A DNA stretch of 64,000 nt from Macrostomum hystrix (lineage: Eukaryota; Animalia; Platyhelminthes), in NCBI GenBank assembly GCA_950097015.1, contig CATNEN010000038.1:10664001-10728000 (forward strand). Reading direction: 5' to 3'. A program made the translations under genes and the position numbers. Positions 35,165 to 46,924 of the stretch are shown here, piece by piece. The first letter of the stretch is position 1. Every line of letters begins with the position of its first letter. Below the pieces are notes generated by a model. That model worked only from the letters and a program-made list of their open reading frames with translations. It was not told the origin of the DNA and did no database searches.

Positions 35165-36047
35165 GTGCCAGTTCCTGATGGATTGGAGGGCCAGTTCCTG
35201 ATAGATTGAAGGGCCAGTTCTTGAGGGATTGAAGGGCCAGTTTCTGAGGGATTGAAGGGCCAGTTCCTGAGGGATTGAAGGGCCAGTTCCTGGTAGATTG
35301 AAGGGCCAGTTCTTGAGGGATTGAAGGGCCAGTTCCTGAGGGATTGAAGGGCCAGTTCCTGAGGGATTGAAGGCCAGTTCCTGAGGGATTGAAGGGCCAG
35401 TTCCTGATGGATTGAAGGGCCAGTTCCTGAGGGATTGAAGGCCAGTTCCTGAGAGATTGAAGGGCCAGTTCCTGAGAGATTGAAGGGCCAGTTCCTGAGA
35501 GATTGAAGGGCCAGTTCCTGAGAGATTGAAGGGCCAGTTCCTGAGAGATTGAAGGGCCAGTTCCTGGTAGATTGAAGGGCCAGTTCTTGAGGGATTGAAG
35601 GGCCAGTTCCTGAGGGATTGAAGGGCCAGTTCCTGAGGGATTGAAGGCCAGTTCCTGAGGGATTGAAGGGCCAGTTCCTGATGGATTGAAGGGCCAGTTC
35701 CTGAGGGATTGAAGGCCAGTTCCTGAGAGATTGAAGGGCCAGTTCCTGAGAGATTGAAGGGCCAGTTCCTGAGAGATTGAAGGGCCAGTTCCTGAGAGAT
35801 TGAAGGGCCAGTTCCTGAGAGATTGAAGGGCCAGTTCCTGGTAGATTGAAGGGCCAGTTCTTGAGGGATTGAAGGGCCAGTTCCTGAGGGATTGAAGGGC
35901 CAGTTCCTGAGGGATTGAAGGCCAGTTCCTGAGGGATTGAAGGGCCAGTTCCTGAAGAATTGAAGGGCCAGTTCTTGAGGGATTGAAGGGCCAGTTCCTG
36001 AGGGATTGAAGGGCCAGTTCCTGATGGATTGAAGGGCCAGTTTCAGA
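35165..36047. repeat. 23-bp minisatellite (GAGGGATTGAAGGGCCAGTTCCT)
   Basis: About 38 copies. Confidence 0.96.
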
Positions 36048-36574
36048 GGAATTGGTTATGATCTCTCGGTCTGATGAAAAGTACACCTGAAGAATTACAT
36101 TCTTACCTGAAGGAATAGGACATTACGGAAGATCTGTTGAGATTCAGACTGCGAATATGTCAAAGAGAATCTTAAAGCATAAAGTTCTTAGCTAGGAAAC
36201 TATTGCGGAGTTAATATTCATTTAACAGACGAGCCCACCCGAGCCGCATGCATATAATTGGCAGTTTAGCACAACCCTGGGGAGTCAAATTTCAGTACAT
36301 CTGTAAGCGAGAGATCTAACATTCAATTAGATTGCACATACAGACACAGGGGACTGTAATCAGCGGTCTCTTATTTTATTTTCCAAGTCGGCAAGATGAA
36401 AGCTAAGCAAGGAAACTAGACGAGCTGAGAGACGTCCAATAAATTAGCAATTCAAATACTTATTATGAGGTGAATAGAGTTTAAACAAAAAATAGGTGAA
36501 TAATCTCAGTATACGAGATCCAACCCTAAGCTATTAACAGAAGAATAGAAGAGACCACCACTTTGTAAAAGTCC

Positions 36575-36835
36575 AAATTTTGAATTGAAATATTCCGTCC
36601 TTTACGATAGACGAACTTTCAAAGCCGTCCGACGTCATCATCGTACAGCTGTTCAGTCCATGGACTGGGGGGACGCCACACCCACCTTCAATTATCCCAG
36701 CTGATGCTGGTACCCATTTAACAGCTGGGTGAACTGAAGCAATGCAGAGTTAAGTGTCTTGCAAAAGGACACAAATTGTTTCAGTGGAGTGGGGAATCGA
36801 ACCCCCGACCTTCAAGTCGTAAGTCCGACGACCTA
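36575..36835 (-). mobile_element. tRNA-derived SINE family B with CORE-like domain
   Basis: Minus strand: B box GGTTCGATTCC followed by TGTGTCCTTTTGCAAGACACTTAACTCTGC...CAGTTCACCCAGCTGTTAAATGGG, which resembles the CORE/MIR central domain. Confidence 0.75.
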
Positions 36836-36881
36836 TGTGTAACTAACAAAATAATCAATACAACCAACAATAATAGCTGAT

Positions 36882-37305
36882 ATCCCTGTAAAAAATTCGG
36901 CTGCTTCTTCGGCGGGTTTTTTGTGCAAAATAGGAGTGGAATCTACCAAAATCCCCCCTATCTCGCAAGAGTTAAAGAAACCACCCAGGAAGCAGCCGAT
37001 GTAACCGTAAATTGTGCGGAAACCGCCGAAGAATCACCCGAACCAGTGGCCCATGGGACAACCAGAGAATTATTTACGGGCGATTCCTCGGCGGTTTTTG
37101 AGCATGGAATCTTCCGAACTGGAGGATTCTTTGGGTGATTCCATTTCGCCACCAAGAAGCACCGAGAAAACGCCCAGTTGGGTAGATTCTAAGCATGGAA
37201 TCATCCGTTTGGTATGTTTCCAGCGTTCGGCTGTTTCTTTTTCTGGAAACACCGCAGATTCCAACTGGAATCACCCAAAGAAACATCCCTATTTTTTAGC
37301 GGGAT
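36882..37305. mobile_element. MITE/foldback-like element with nested inverted repeats
   Basis: Ends ATCCCTGTAAAAAAT / (rc) ATCCCGCTAAAAAAT. Internal inverted pairs TCGGCTGCTTC / GAAGCAGCCGA and AAACCGCCGAAGAATC / GATTCCTCGGCGGTTT. Confidence 0.45.
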
Positions 37306-37999
37306 GGTTTTATGATGAGATTTTGTGAGCTGAAAATTTATCTTCATATTGTTGGTTTCTGAAACAAGACACCCCGATGAGAGTCATTGAGTATCTCGGA
37401 CGATGCAGAGATGTTTATTAATTCTGGAAGTTGTTTCATCATAGAGAGAGCGGAAAACTTTAGACCATGTTCTGGATTTTAATGGCGATTGGTTGAATAT
37501 TTCAGGACATATAGAAGAAATGATGGCGTATGCTTACAGCACGTGGTCTTTCTAGTCTTAAAGTAAAAACTACTGTTATAATAAAATGTATTTTTTATAG
37601 ATTACAATGTGGCATTTCACAAGACTAGATAAAAAGGGATGAGACACGGACAAGCTAAGATAGTATGAGAGAGATTGATGAAATACTAACGTATTAGAAA
37701 TTAATAGCATAGCAAAGTCAGAACAAGACATAAGCAGTGATTAGAAAGATAATATTCATACAACGCATGAACTCAATCTAACCAGACAAAGGAAACCGAT
37801 GTCTTAGTTAGCTAATAAGGCTTCTATAAATCTATAAGGATTCCTCACTCTACCATGAACAAGATAAGACGAATAAAAGTACAAACGCATCAGACAGACG
37901 TTCCGACTATACTATGAACCACATAGGCGAAGATGTATCACTTGAGTGAAAATGTATCAACTATATGAACGACAGATAGAATAGCCATATTTTTCAAAA

Positions 38000-40260
38000 A
38001 CAGACACAGCCACCCCTTAAACACAGACATGACAACCAACTCAAAGGCAGACCAGACAGCCACTTTAAACACAGACATGACAACCAACTCAAAGACAGAC
38101 CAGACAGCCACTTTAAACACAGACATGACAATCAACTCAAAGACAGACCAGACAGCCACTTTAAACACAGACATGACAACCAACTCAAAGACAGACCAGA
38201 CAGCCACTTTAAACACAGACATGACAACCAACTCAAAGACAGACCAGACAGCCACTTTAAACACAGACATGACAACCAACTCAAAGACAGACCAGACAGC
38301 CACTTTAAACACAGACATGACAACCAACTCAAAGGCAGACCAGACAGCCACTTTAAACACAGACATGACAACCAACTCAAAGACAGACCAGACAGCCACT
38401 TTAAACACAGACATGACAACCAACTCAAAGACAGACCAGACAGCCACTTTAAACACAGACATGACAACCAACTCAAAGACAGACCAGACAGCCACTTTAA
38501 ACACAGACATGACAACCAACTCAAAGACAGACCAGACAGCCACTTTAAACACAGACATGACAACCAACTCAAAGACAGACCAGACAGCCACTTTAAACAC
38601 AGACATGACAACCAACTCAAAGACAGACCAGACAGCCACTTTAAACACAGACATGACAACCAACTCAAAGGCAGACCAGACAGCCACTTTAAACACAGAC
38701 ATGACAACCAACTCAAAGACAGACCAGACAGCCACTTTAAACACAGACATGACAACCAACTCAAAGACAGACCAGACAGCCACTTTAAACACAGACATGA
38801 CAACCAACTCAAAGACAGACCAGACAGCCACTTTAAACACAGACATGACAACCAACTCAAAGACAGACCAGACAGCCACTTTAAACACAGACATGACAAC
38901 CAACTCAAAGACAGACCAGACAGCCACTTTAAACACAGACATGACAACCAACTCAAAGGCAGACCAGACAGCCACTTTAAACACAGACATGACAACCAAC
39001 TCAAAGACAGACCAGACAGCCACTTTAAACACAGACATGACAACCAACTCAAAGGCAGACCAGACAGCCACTTTAAACACAGACATGACAACCAACTCAA
39101 AGGCAGACCAGACAGCCACTTTAAACACAGACATGACAACCAACTCAAAGACAGACCAGACAGCCACTTTAAACACAGACATGACAACCAACTCAAAGAC
39201 AGACCAGACAGCCACTTTAAACACAGACATGACAACCAACTCAAAGGCAGACCAGACAGCCACTTTAAACACAGACATGACAACCAACTCAAAGACAGAC
39301 CAGACAGCCACTTTAAACACAGACATGACAACCAACTCAAAGGCAGAACAGACAGCCACTTTAAACACAGACATGACAACCAACTCAAAGGCAGACCAGA
39401 CAGCCACTTTAAACACAGACATGACAACCAACTCAAAGGCAGACCAGACAGCCACTTTAAACACAGACATGACAACCAACTCAAAGACAGACCAGACAGT
39501 CACTTTAAACACAGACATGACAACCAACTCAAAGGCAGACCAGACAGCCACTTTAAACACAGACATGACAACCAACTCAAAGACAGGCCAGACAGCCACT
39601 TTAAACACAGACATGACAACCAACTCAAAGACAGACCAGACAGCCACTTTATCACAGACATGACAACCAACTCAAAGACAGACCAGACAGCCACTTTTAA
39701 CACAGACATGACAACCAACTCAAAGGCAGACCAGACAGCCACTTTAAACACAGACATGACAACCAACTCAAAGACAGGCCAGACAGCCACTTTAAACACA
39801 GACATGACAACCAACTCATAGACAGACCAGACAGCCACTTTTAACACAGACATGACAACCAACTCAAAGGCAGACCAGACAGGCACTTTATCACAGACAT
39901 GACAACCAACTCAAAGACAGACCAGACAGCCACTTTTAACACAGACATGACAACCAACTCAAAGGCAGACCAGACAGGCCCTTTAAACACAGACATGACA
40001 ACCAACTCAAAGACAGACCAGACAGCCACTTTAAACACAGACATGACAACCAACTCAAAGGCAGACCAGACAGCCACTTTAAACACAGACATGACAACCA
40101 ACTCAAAGACAGGCCAGACAGCCACTTTAAACACAGACATGACAACCAACTCAAAGACAGACCAGACAGCCACTTTTAACACAGACATGACAACCAACTC
40201 AAAGGCAGACCAGACAGGCACTTTAAACACAGACATGACAACAAACTTAAAGACAGACAC
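38000..40260. repeat. 48-bp minisatellite (dimer of 24-mers)
   Basis: ACAGACATGACAACCAACTCAAAG + ACAGACCAGACAGCCACTTTAAAC, about 47 copies. Confidence 0.97.
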
Positions 40261-40830
40261 ATAACAGCTAACTCAAAGACAGACATGACAGCCACCTCAA
40301 AGACAGACACATGACAGCCACCTCAAAGACAGACACATGACAGCCACCTCAAAGACAGACACATGACAGCCACCTCAAAGACAGACACATGACAGCCACC
40401 TCATAGACAGACACATGACAGCCACCTCAAAGACAGACACATGACAGCCACCTCAAAGACAGACACATGACAGCCACCTCAAAGACAGACACATGACAGC
40501 CACCTCAAAGACAGACACATGACAGCCACCTCAAAGACAGACACATGACAGCCACCTCAAAGACAGACACATGACAGCCACCTCATAGACAGACACATGA
40601 CAGCCACCTCAAAGACAGACACATGACAGCCACCTCAAAGACAGACACATGACAGCCACCTCAAAGACAGACACATGACAGCCACCTCATAGACAGACAC
40701 ATGACAGCCACCTCATAGACAGACACATGACAGCCACCTCAAAGACAGACACATGACAGCCACCTCAAAGACAGACACATGACAGCCACCTCAAAGACAG
40801 ACACATGACAACGGATTTAAAGACAGACAG
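40261..40830. repeat. 26-bp minisatellite (AGACACATGACAGCCACCTCAAAGAC)
   Basis: Contiguous with, and related to, the 48-mer array. Confidence 0.95.
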
Positions 40831-41369
40831 CACAATTTAAATATAAAATTTGATTTTTGTAAATATAAGTTTTTAAGAATACTCGCTTTGCACATGCTAC
40901 TATATACAGTAGATGATAAGAACATTAAGGAGTTTTCTTGAAAATACACTGATAAAGAATATTTTGCTTTAAAAAAGAAAAGTAAGATTCTTACCTCAAC
41001 ATTACGAAGCTTTGTAGAGTGGTCGCCGATGCAAAATGAATTTATAGTTCGCGTTGTTAACTGCCCAGCCGATAGCATCTAAACAAAAACGGCTGCTGCT
41101 GCTGCTGCTGTTTGTGCACAATCTGAAAGTTTAGATTGCGCAATTCAATATTATATTGCAGTGCCGTAAACAATACTCAATTATAAACCATGGCGTTGGT
41201 TACAAATTTAAGAGGGTGAATTTATTGCTGGTCCTGGAATTTCAAACTGAAAGTACTTCAGCAATAGATAACAGAATCTTGCCGACTGCCTATTTCTCTT
41301 TAGCCATCTTAAGACACTCCATAATTCCTACATAATAACATTAAAAACTAAACTTCATTAGTTAATTAC

Positions 41370-41750
41370 GAATCCCTAAAACTTCTAAATCCCTAGAACT
41401 TCTAAATCCCTAAAATTCTTAATTCCTAAACTTATAAATCCCAAAAATTTCAGATCCCTGACCAGACACTTCCAAATCCATTAACTTTCAAATGCATAAA
41501 CTTCTAAATCCCATAACTGAAAATCCCCAAACCTCCAAAGTCCTAAACTTAATAACCCATAAACTAAAATTCAAAATCCCTAGACTGCAAATCCCCAAAC
41601 CTCCAAAGTCCTAAACTTAATAACTCATAAACTAAAATTCAAAATCCCTAGACTGCAAATCCCCAAACCTCCAATGTCCTAAGCTTAAAAACCCATAAAC
41701 TAAAATTCAAAATCCCTAGACTGCAAATCCCGAAACTTTAAAATCTCTTT
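41370..41750. repeat. Degenerate AATCCC-rich repeat with about 62-bp duplications
   Basis: AAATCCCTAGACTGCAAATCCCC recurs three times. Confidence 0.7.
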
Positions 41751-42409
41751 AAATCCTTCAGCTTTTATTTTTAATTAGATAGCAGACTCGTAAGTTTCAA
41801 AATCCTATAATTTCAGAATCTTCCAAAATAAGAAATGAAAGGATAGATATTATAAATTATAGTAAAGAGGGATGTCGTGCAACACAGGCCCCTATCGACA
41901 AAGCTATGATTACTAATGCTTTCTAGTCGGCAAATTTTGCCAGTAGACAAAGCATGAGCATGCCCCGCCCATGAGCATGTAGCTGGACTAGGGGCGGAAA
42001 TCGAGGGCGAAAACGCGAATGAAATCTGCTAAGCTAAGCTAAATGGGAGATTAACAGCCCCGGGGGGGACTACAGCTAAAATGGGATAATTAAGATGAGC
42101 AGGTGTGGGCGGAGAGCAAGGCGGATAGCAATTTCCTGCCTCCCTTCCATTAGATTGCTAAAAAGCAGCAGCAGCAAAATGAGCTGTCGCATATCAGATA
42201 ATAAGAATCTGGGCAGCCTTAATAAAAATCATCTACATTTTGAAAAGCTTATTTTTTTTAATTTAATGAAAAATTTATTTGAAATTCATGAACTCTTAAA
42301 CCACGAAGCACAAAATTAATAATACTTAAAAACTGCAGAAAAACCCTTCGAAATTTGAAATCATCACAATAAAAAAACGACTCAACAATGAACTTCCTGA
42401 GCTTGGAAT

Positions 42410-43780
42410 ATCAGGAATCGTCTGAACTAGGAATCGGCTGAACTAGGAATCGGCTGAACTAGGAATCGGTTGAACTAGGAATCGGTTGAACTAGGAGTCG
42501 TGAGTCGTCTGAACTAGGAATCAACTGAACTAAGAATCTTCTGAGCTATGAGTTATTTTAACAAGGTATCGTCTGATTTGTCTGAACTAGGAATCGTCTA
42601 AATCGTCTGAACTAGGAATCATTTTAACAAGGAATCGTCTGAACAAGGAATCAACTGAACTAGGAATCGTCTGAACTAGGAATCGTCTAAACTAGGAATC
42701 GGCTGAACTAGGAATCGTCTGAACTAGGAATTAACTGAACTAGGAATCGTCTGAACTAGGAATCGACTGAACTAGGAATCGTCTGAACTAAGAATTTTCT
42801 GAGCTATGAGTTATTTTAACAAGGTATCGTCTGATTCGTCTGAACTAGGAATCGTCTGAACTAGGAATCGTCTGAATCGTCAGAACTAGGAGTCGTCTGA
42901 ACTAGGAATCGTCTGAACTAGGAATCAACTGAACTAGGAATCGACTGAACTAGGAATCGTCTGAACTAAGAATCTTCTGAGCTATGAGTTATTTTAACAA
43001 GGTATCGTCTGATTTGTCTGAACTAGGAATCATTTTAACAAGGAATCGGCCGAACTAGGAATGGGCTGAACTAGGAATCGACTGAACTAGGAATCGTCTG
43101 AACTAGGAATCGACTGAACTAGGAATCGTCTGAACTAAGAATCTTCTGAGCTATGAGTTATTTTAACAAGGTATCGTCTGATTTGTCTGAACTAGGAATC
43201 ATTTTAACAAGGAATCGGCCGAACTAGGAATGGGCTGAACTAGGAATCGACTGAACTAGGAATCGTCTGAACTAAGAATCTTCTGAGCTATGAGTTATTT
43301 TAACAAGGTATCGTCTGATTCGTCTGAACTAGGAATCATTTTAACAAGGAATCGGCTGATTCGTCTGAACTAGGAATCGTCTAAATCGTCTGAACTAGGA
43401 ATCGTCTGAACTAGGAATCGTCTGAACTAGGAATCATCTGAAATGGAATCGTCTGAACTAGGAATCATTTTAACAAGGAATCGTCTGATTCGTCTGAACT
43501 AGGAACCGTATGAACTCGTATGAAATATGAAATCGTATGAAATCGTATGAAAATTATTTAAATAAGGGTTCGTCTTAAATAGGAATCGTCTTTACTTGGA
43601 AACATCTAAAAATGGAATCGTCTGGGCAAGGAATCGTCTGAACTAGGAATCGTCTAAACTAGGAATCGTCTGAACTAGGAATCGTCTGAACAAGTAATCG
43701 GCTGATCTAGGAATCGTCTGAAATAATAATTGTCTGGACTAGGAATCGTCTGAACTAGGAATCGTCTGAAAAGGAATCGT
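42410..43780. repeat. 16-bp minisatellite (CTGAACTAGGAATCGT) with higher-order blocks
   Basis: Period 16, with a recurrent CTGAGCTATGAGTTATTTTAACAAGG insert. Confidence 0.93.
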
Positions 43781-44504
43781 TTATATTTTTCGCAATATTT
43801 GTAATCGCTGAACAAGGGTTTATTTAGTTAGGTTTAGGAATGGGCCAGGGGACCCCAATCCTTAGCGCGTCAGACCTCTGGAGGGGCCGCAACGACCCTT
43901 GGTCCAGTGGAACAATTAGTATTCTACAGCTAGACACCAAACCTATTGATTCGTTTCTCTAAACAATGTCTATTAAAAAATCCACACAAATAAATAAGAG
44001 TCATACAAAAACGCGTTTGGCAAACGTAAAATGAACAAAAAGTCGTGTCGTGTGCGTTGGTCGTCACTCTAAGCCAATATATATTAGTGTGTAGTCCTAC
44101 ACACAGCAGCACACGACAGAATGTACAACAGTAAAGCATTATACTGACGCCTCCTAGAAGCAAAGATCAAGCATCTGCGAAATTACGCATCATCGGGACT
44201 TAACAGTTAGCAAACAGACCAGATAAGGTAGGGGGCACTTAGCATTATGCTGGAAATACAAAAAAAATTAAATATGTTAATTTGAGAAATGCCACAGTTT
44301 GAACGAAAGCAAGCCATTGTTATTGAATGTAGCCTCGCTACATATCAGTTGAATGCAAAACAATGATAGGCTATAGAACTAGCCAGAACAAAACGACAAA
44401 AAACTAAGAAATTATTTTTAAAAACTTTATTTTAGCAAGGTTTCCGAACAATTTACTGCATTACTGAAGATTCTTACGCAGATTTTTTATTTACCAAGTA
44501 CAGT

Positions 44505-44972
44505 GAACTGCTTAACAGTGAAGATTCCTGGGCAGTTTCCACATTCTCTATCACGGGAAACTGCTAAACAGTGAAGATTCCTGGCCAGTTTCCACATTCT
44601 CTAGCACGGGAAACTGCTCAACAGAGAAGATTCCTGGCCAGTTTCCACATTCTCTATCACGGGAAACTGCTCAACAGAGAAGATTCCTGGGCAGTTTCCA
44701 CATTCTCTATCACGGGAAACTGCTCAACTGTGGAGATCCCTGGGCAGTTTCCACATTCTCTATCACGGGAAACTGCTAAACAGTGAAGATTCCTGGGCAG
44801 TTTCTACATTCTCTAGCACGGGAAACTGCTCAACAGAGAAGATTCCTGGGCAGTTTCCACATTCTCTATCACGGGAAACTGCTCAACTGTGGAGATCCCT
44901 GGGCAGTTTCCACATTCTCTATCACGGGAAACTGCTCAACAGAGAAGATTCCTGGGCAGTTTCCACATTCTT
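44505..44972. repeat. 53-bp minisatellite with an internal 9-bp inverted repeat
   Basis: GCAGTTTCC-ACATTCTCTATCACG-GGAAACTGC in each of about 9 units. Confidence 0.93.
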
Positions 44973-45749
44973 TAGTACAATGGAAACTGGAAGCTGCTTA
45001 ATAAAAATTATCGAACAAAAGCTCCATGTCAATTACACAATGACACAATGAATATATAATGCTTGCTCAATATAGAAAATGTCTAAATTAATACAAAAAT
45101 AGCACATGAGGAGACAGGCCGAAATCGAGTCAGACTTTTCTAAGAAATAATCAGGTACTCAGATAAACGCTTACACTGCAACAGCCAAAAGTTGAACGTC
45201 TTAAAGATAAGAAGCAAAATTAAGTCAGAAAATGGCGTTATTAGAAACAGCTTCTTAATAATAAATGTATGCGCGACTGCAAACAATCTGTCATTGGTCC
45301 CAGAATTGATCTCCTTGTCAATCAGTAGACAAAAATGGCTTCTCTTTGGAAGGGAAAGTGACAAACGAAACACATAAAATTTTGAGAGTTGCTACAACTC
45401 ACGACAATTAATAAAGGTATGCGTCTATGAGAAATAAACACGTGAAAGCTTAACCTCCTGAGACAAGAAGGGATAAGCGATGTCTATGGTAGAAACTTAT
45501 AGACGGTGCGAATACAAATTGGAACATATAAAAAATCGCCAGTTTAGAATCCCGGTCACAATTTAAATCTGCAAACTGCAAACTATTGGTACCCAGGCTA
45601 GTCTGTTATAGAATCTTAAGGGCTTCAAGGTAATCGAAATCTCAAATTCGACGCTAGAGATTGGTTGGGGGTGAGTGGCAGACCACCCTGGGTCTCGCCT
45701 CTCGCACCTAGGTCCTGATCTCGATTCAGAAGGCTTGAGTGTTGAAAAG

Positions 45750-45962
45750 TGAGAGTGTACACTGCCTGACGATGAGAAATTCAGGGCAGATGTACACACC
45801 TGTGTGAGTGTGTGCCTGAGTACAGTATCTGTGTGCGTGTGTGCTCAGGAGTCAGCGAAATGGGCAGAATTGCCTCCTCGCTGGCTGCGGGTCTAGCGTC
45901 ACCAAATGATGAATCATTGCCCGCAGCCCTCTGGCAATTATTATTATTATTATTATTATTAT
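45750..45962 (+). mobile_element. SINE family A copy (3' portion) with (TTA)n tail
   Basis: Shares GTGTACACTGCCTGACGATGAGAAA...GCCTCCTCGCTGGCTGCGGG...GCCCGCAGCC with the other copies and ends in about 8 TTA units. Confidence 0.8.
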
Positions 45963-46062
45963 GAAGGACTGGTTGGGTAAAATATCCTCAGTCTATATTC
46001 CCAAAGGTTGAGGACAAACATCATTATCACACAATTAGGTGCATATTATAGTAATAAACTAG

Positions 46063-46584
46063 TCATTTGAACACCTGCTTGCTCGGTTCAATCTTAGATG
46101 TGCCATTGCAAACGTCATTAAAATAATTCAGCTTAGCCTTCTTGTACTGAGCCAGGTAAGACGATACTGAACGAGCCGAGATGGCGTTGCTGCGCTGACG
46201 AGGCTGCTGCTGCTGACAATTGGTGCGCGGTCGTGGCAGGTGCAAAGTCTCCGCCGGTAGTAAAGATGACGGCTGACGAAGCTGTTGCTGGAGCTGCTCA
46301 CCTGGCGTATCGTGGTTGTCGACGCCACCGAATAATTCATCAGCAGCAGGTTCGGCTGTCTCACTGGCGCCGCTATAAAAGCTGTCGCTGCCGCTCCTTA
46401 GCGATGGCATAGAAGCCGTTGAGACTGTATGGAGAGACGACGAAGTTGTCGCTGTCGCCGCAGCATCAGCAGCGGCATCAGCCGCCGCAGCCGCGGCCTT
46501 CAAATCAATGTCTCCGTCAGTTAGCCGAGTAGAATGGGTCCCGTCAATGGCGCTAGCTGTGGTGTCTGTAGAAGCACTGGGCAT
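46063..46584 (-). CDS. Hypothetical low-complexity protein or first coding exon (Ala/Ser/Gln-rich)
   Basis: 173-aa ATG-initiated ORF with the GC-rich codon style and polyA/polyQ tracts of the real exons in this window. Possible phase-0 donor CAG|GTGTTC after 46075. No recognisable domain. Confidence 0.55.
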   Translation of the reverse strand: MPSASTDTTASAIDGTHSTRLTDGDIDLKAAAAAADAAADAAATATTSSSLHTVSTASMPSLRSGSDSFYSGASETAEPAADELFGGVDNHDTPGEQLQQQLRQPSSLLPAETLHLPRPRTNCQQQQPRQRSNAISARSVSSYLAQYKKAKLNYFNDVCNGTSKIEPSKQVFK

Positions 46585-46924
46585 TCGTGAGATTGGCGTT
46601 ACAATATGTTAGATTAATATAATATCTGATTATGTATTTGGCGCGTTTCCTTCAATATGCGGAACAACACGCCCCTGTGCCTTAAGATACAGTTACTGAC
46701 CAATCAAATCAAATTGGTAACTTCTCTGGGTTTCGGCAGGCCCTACACGTAAGAGAAATTTACACTATTTTTTTAAGCACAAGGCGAGACGAATGAGAGA
46801 CTGGGTGTGGTACTCGCCGAAAGAAATTGTTTTTTATGGATCGAATGTAAAATATATCGCATGGTGTAGCAATAGCAACATGAGAGAAAGCAAAAACTAC
46901 CCTTTTGATCTATCCCTTTGGTTT

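Noticed and set aside
3703-36086. Other long repetitive ORFs (3703, 5534-6165, 9550, 9989, 15248, 20814, 21973, 34134, 35160)
   Set aside because: All coincide with tandem arrays, mostly in introns of the spliced genes or in intergenic DNA.
36785-36835. tRNA gene (also 48625-48670)
   Set aside because: Only a B box/T-arm is present with no complete cloverleaf, and it is followed by a SINE body.
37938-39663. 544-569 aa ORFs on both strands
   Set aside because: They are translations of a 48-bp tandem repeat with no signal peptide or unique domain, and frameshifting indels occur within the array.
45755-45800. Hammerhead-like CTGACGA...GAAA in SINE family A
   Set aside because: Only 3 nt separate the two core halves, so there is no stem II. 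The bases are sequestered in a plain hairpin, and the 59885 copy has CAGACGA.
45855-45935. HDV-like ribozyme: GCCTCCTCGCTGGC is identical to the HDV genomic P3/L3
   Set aside because: There is no upstream P1 5' strand, no GG for P1.1 and no P2/J4-2 in the right order. The would-be P1 strand instead pairs with downstream GCCCGCAGCC as a simple hairpin.
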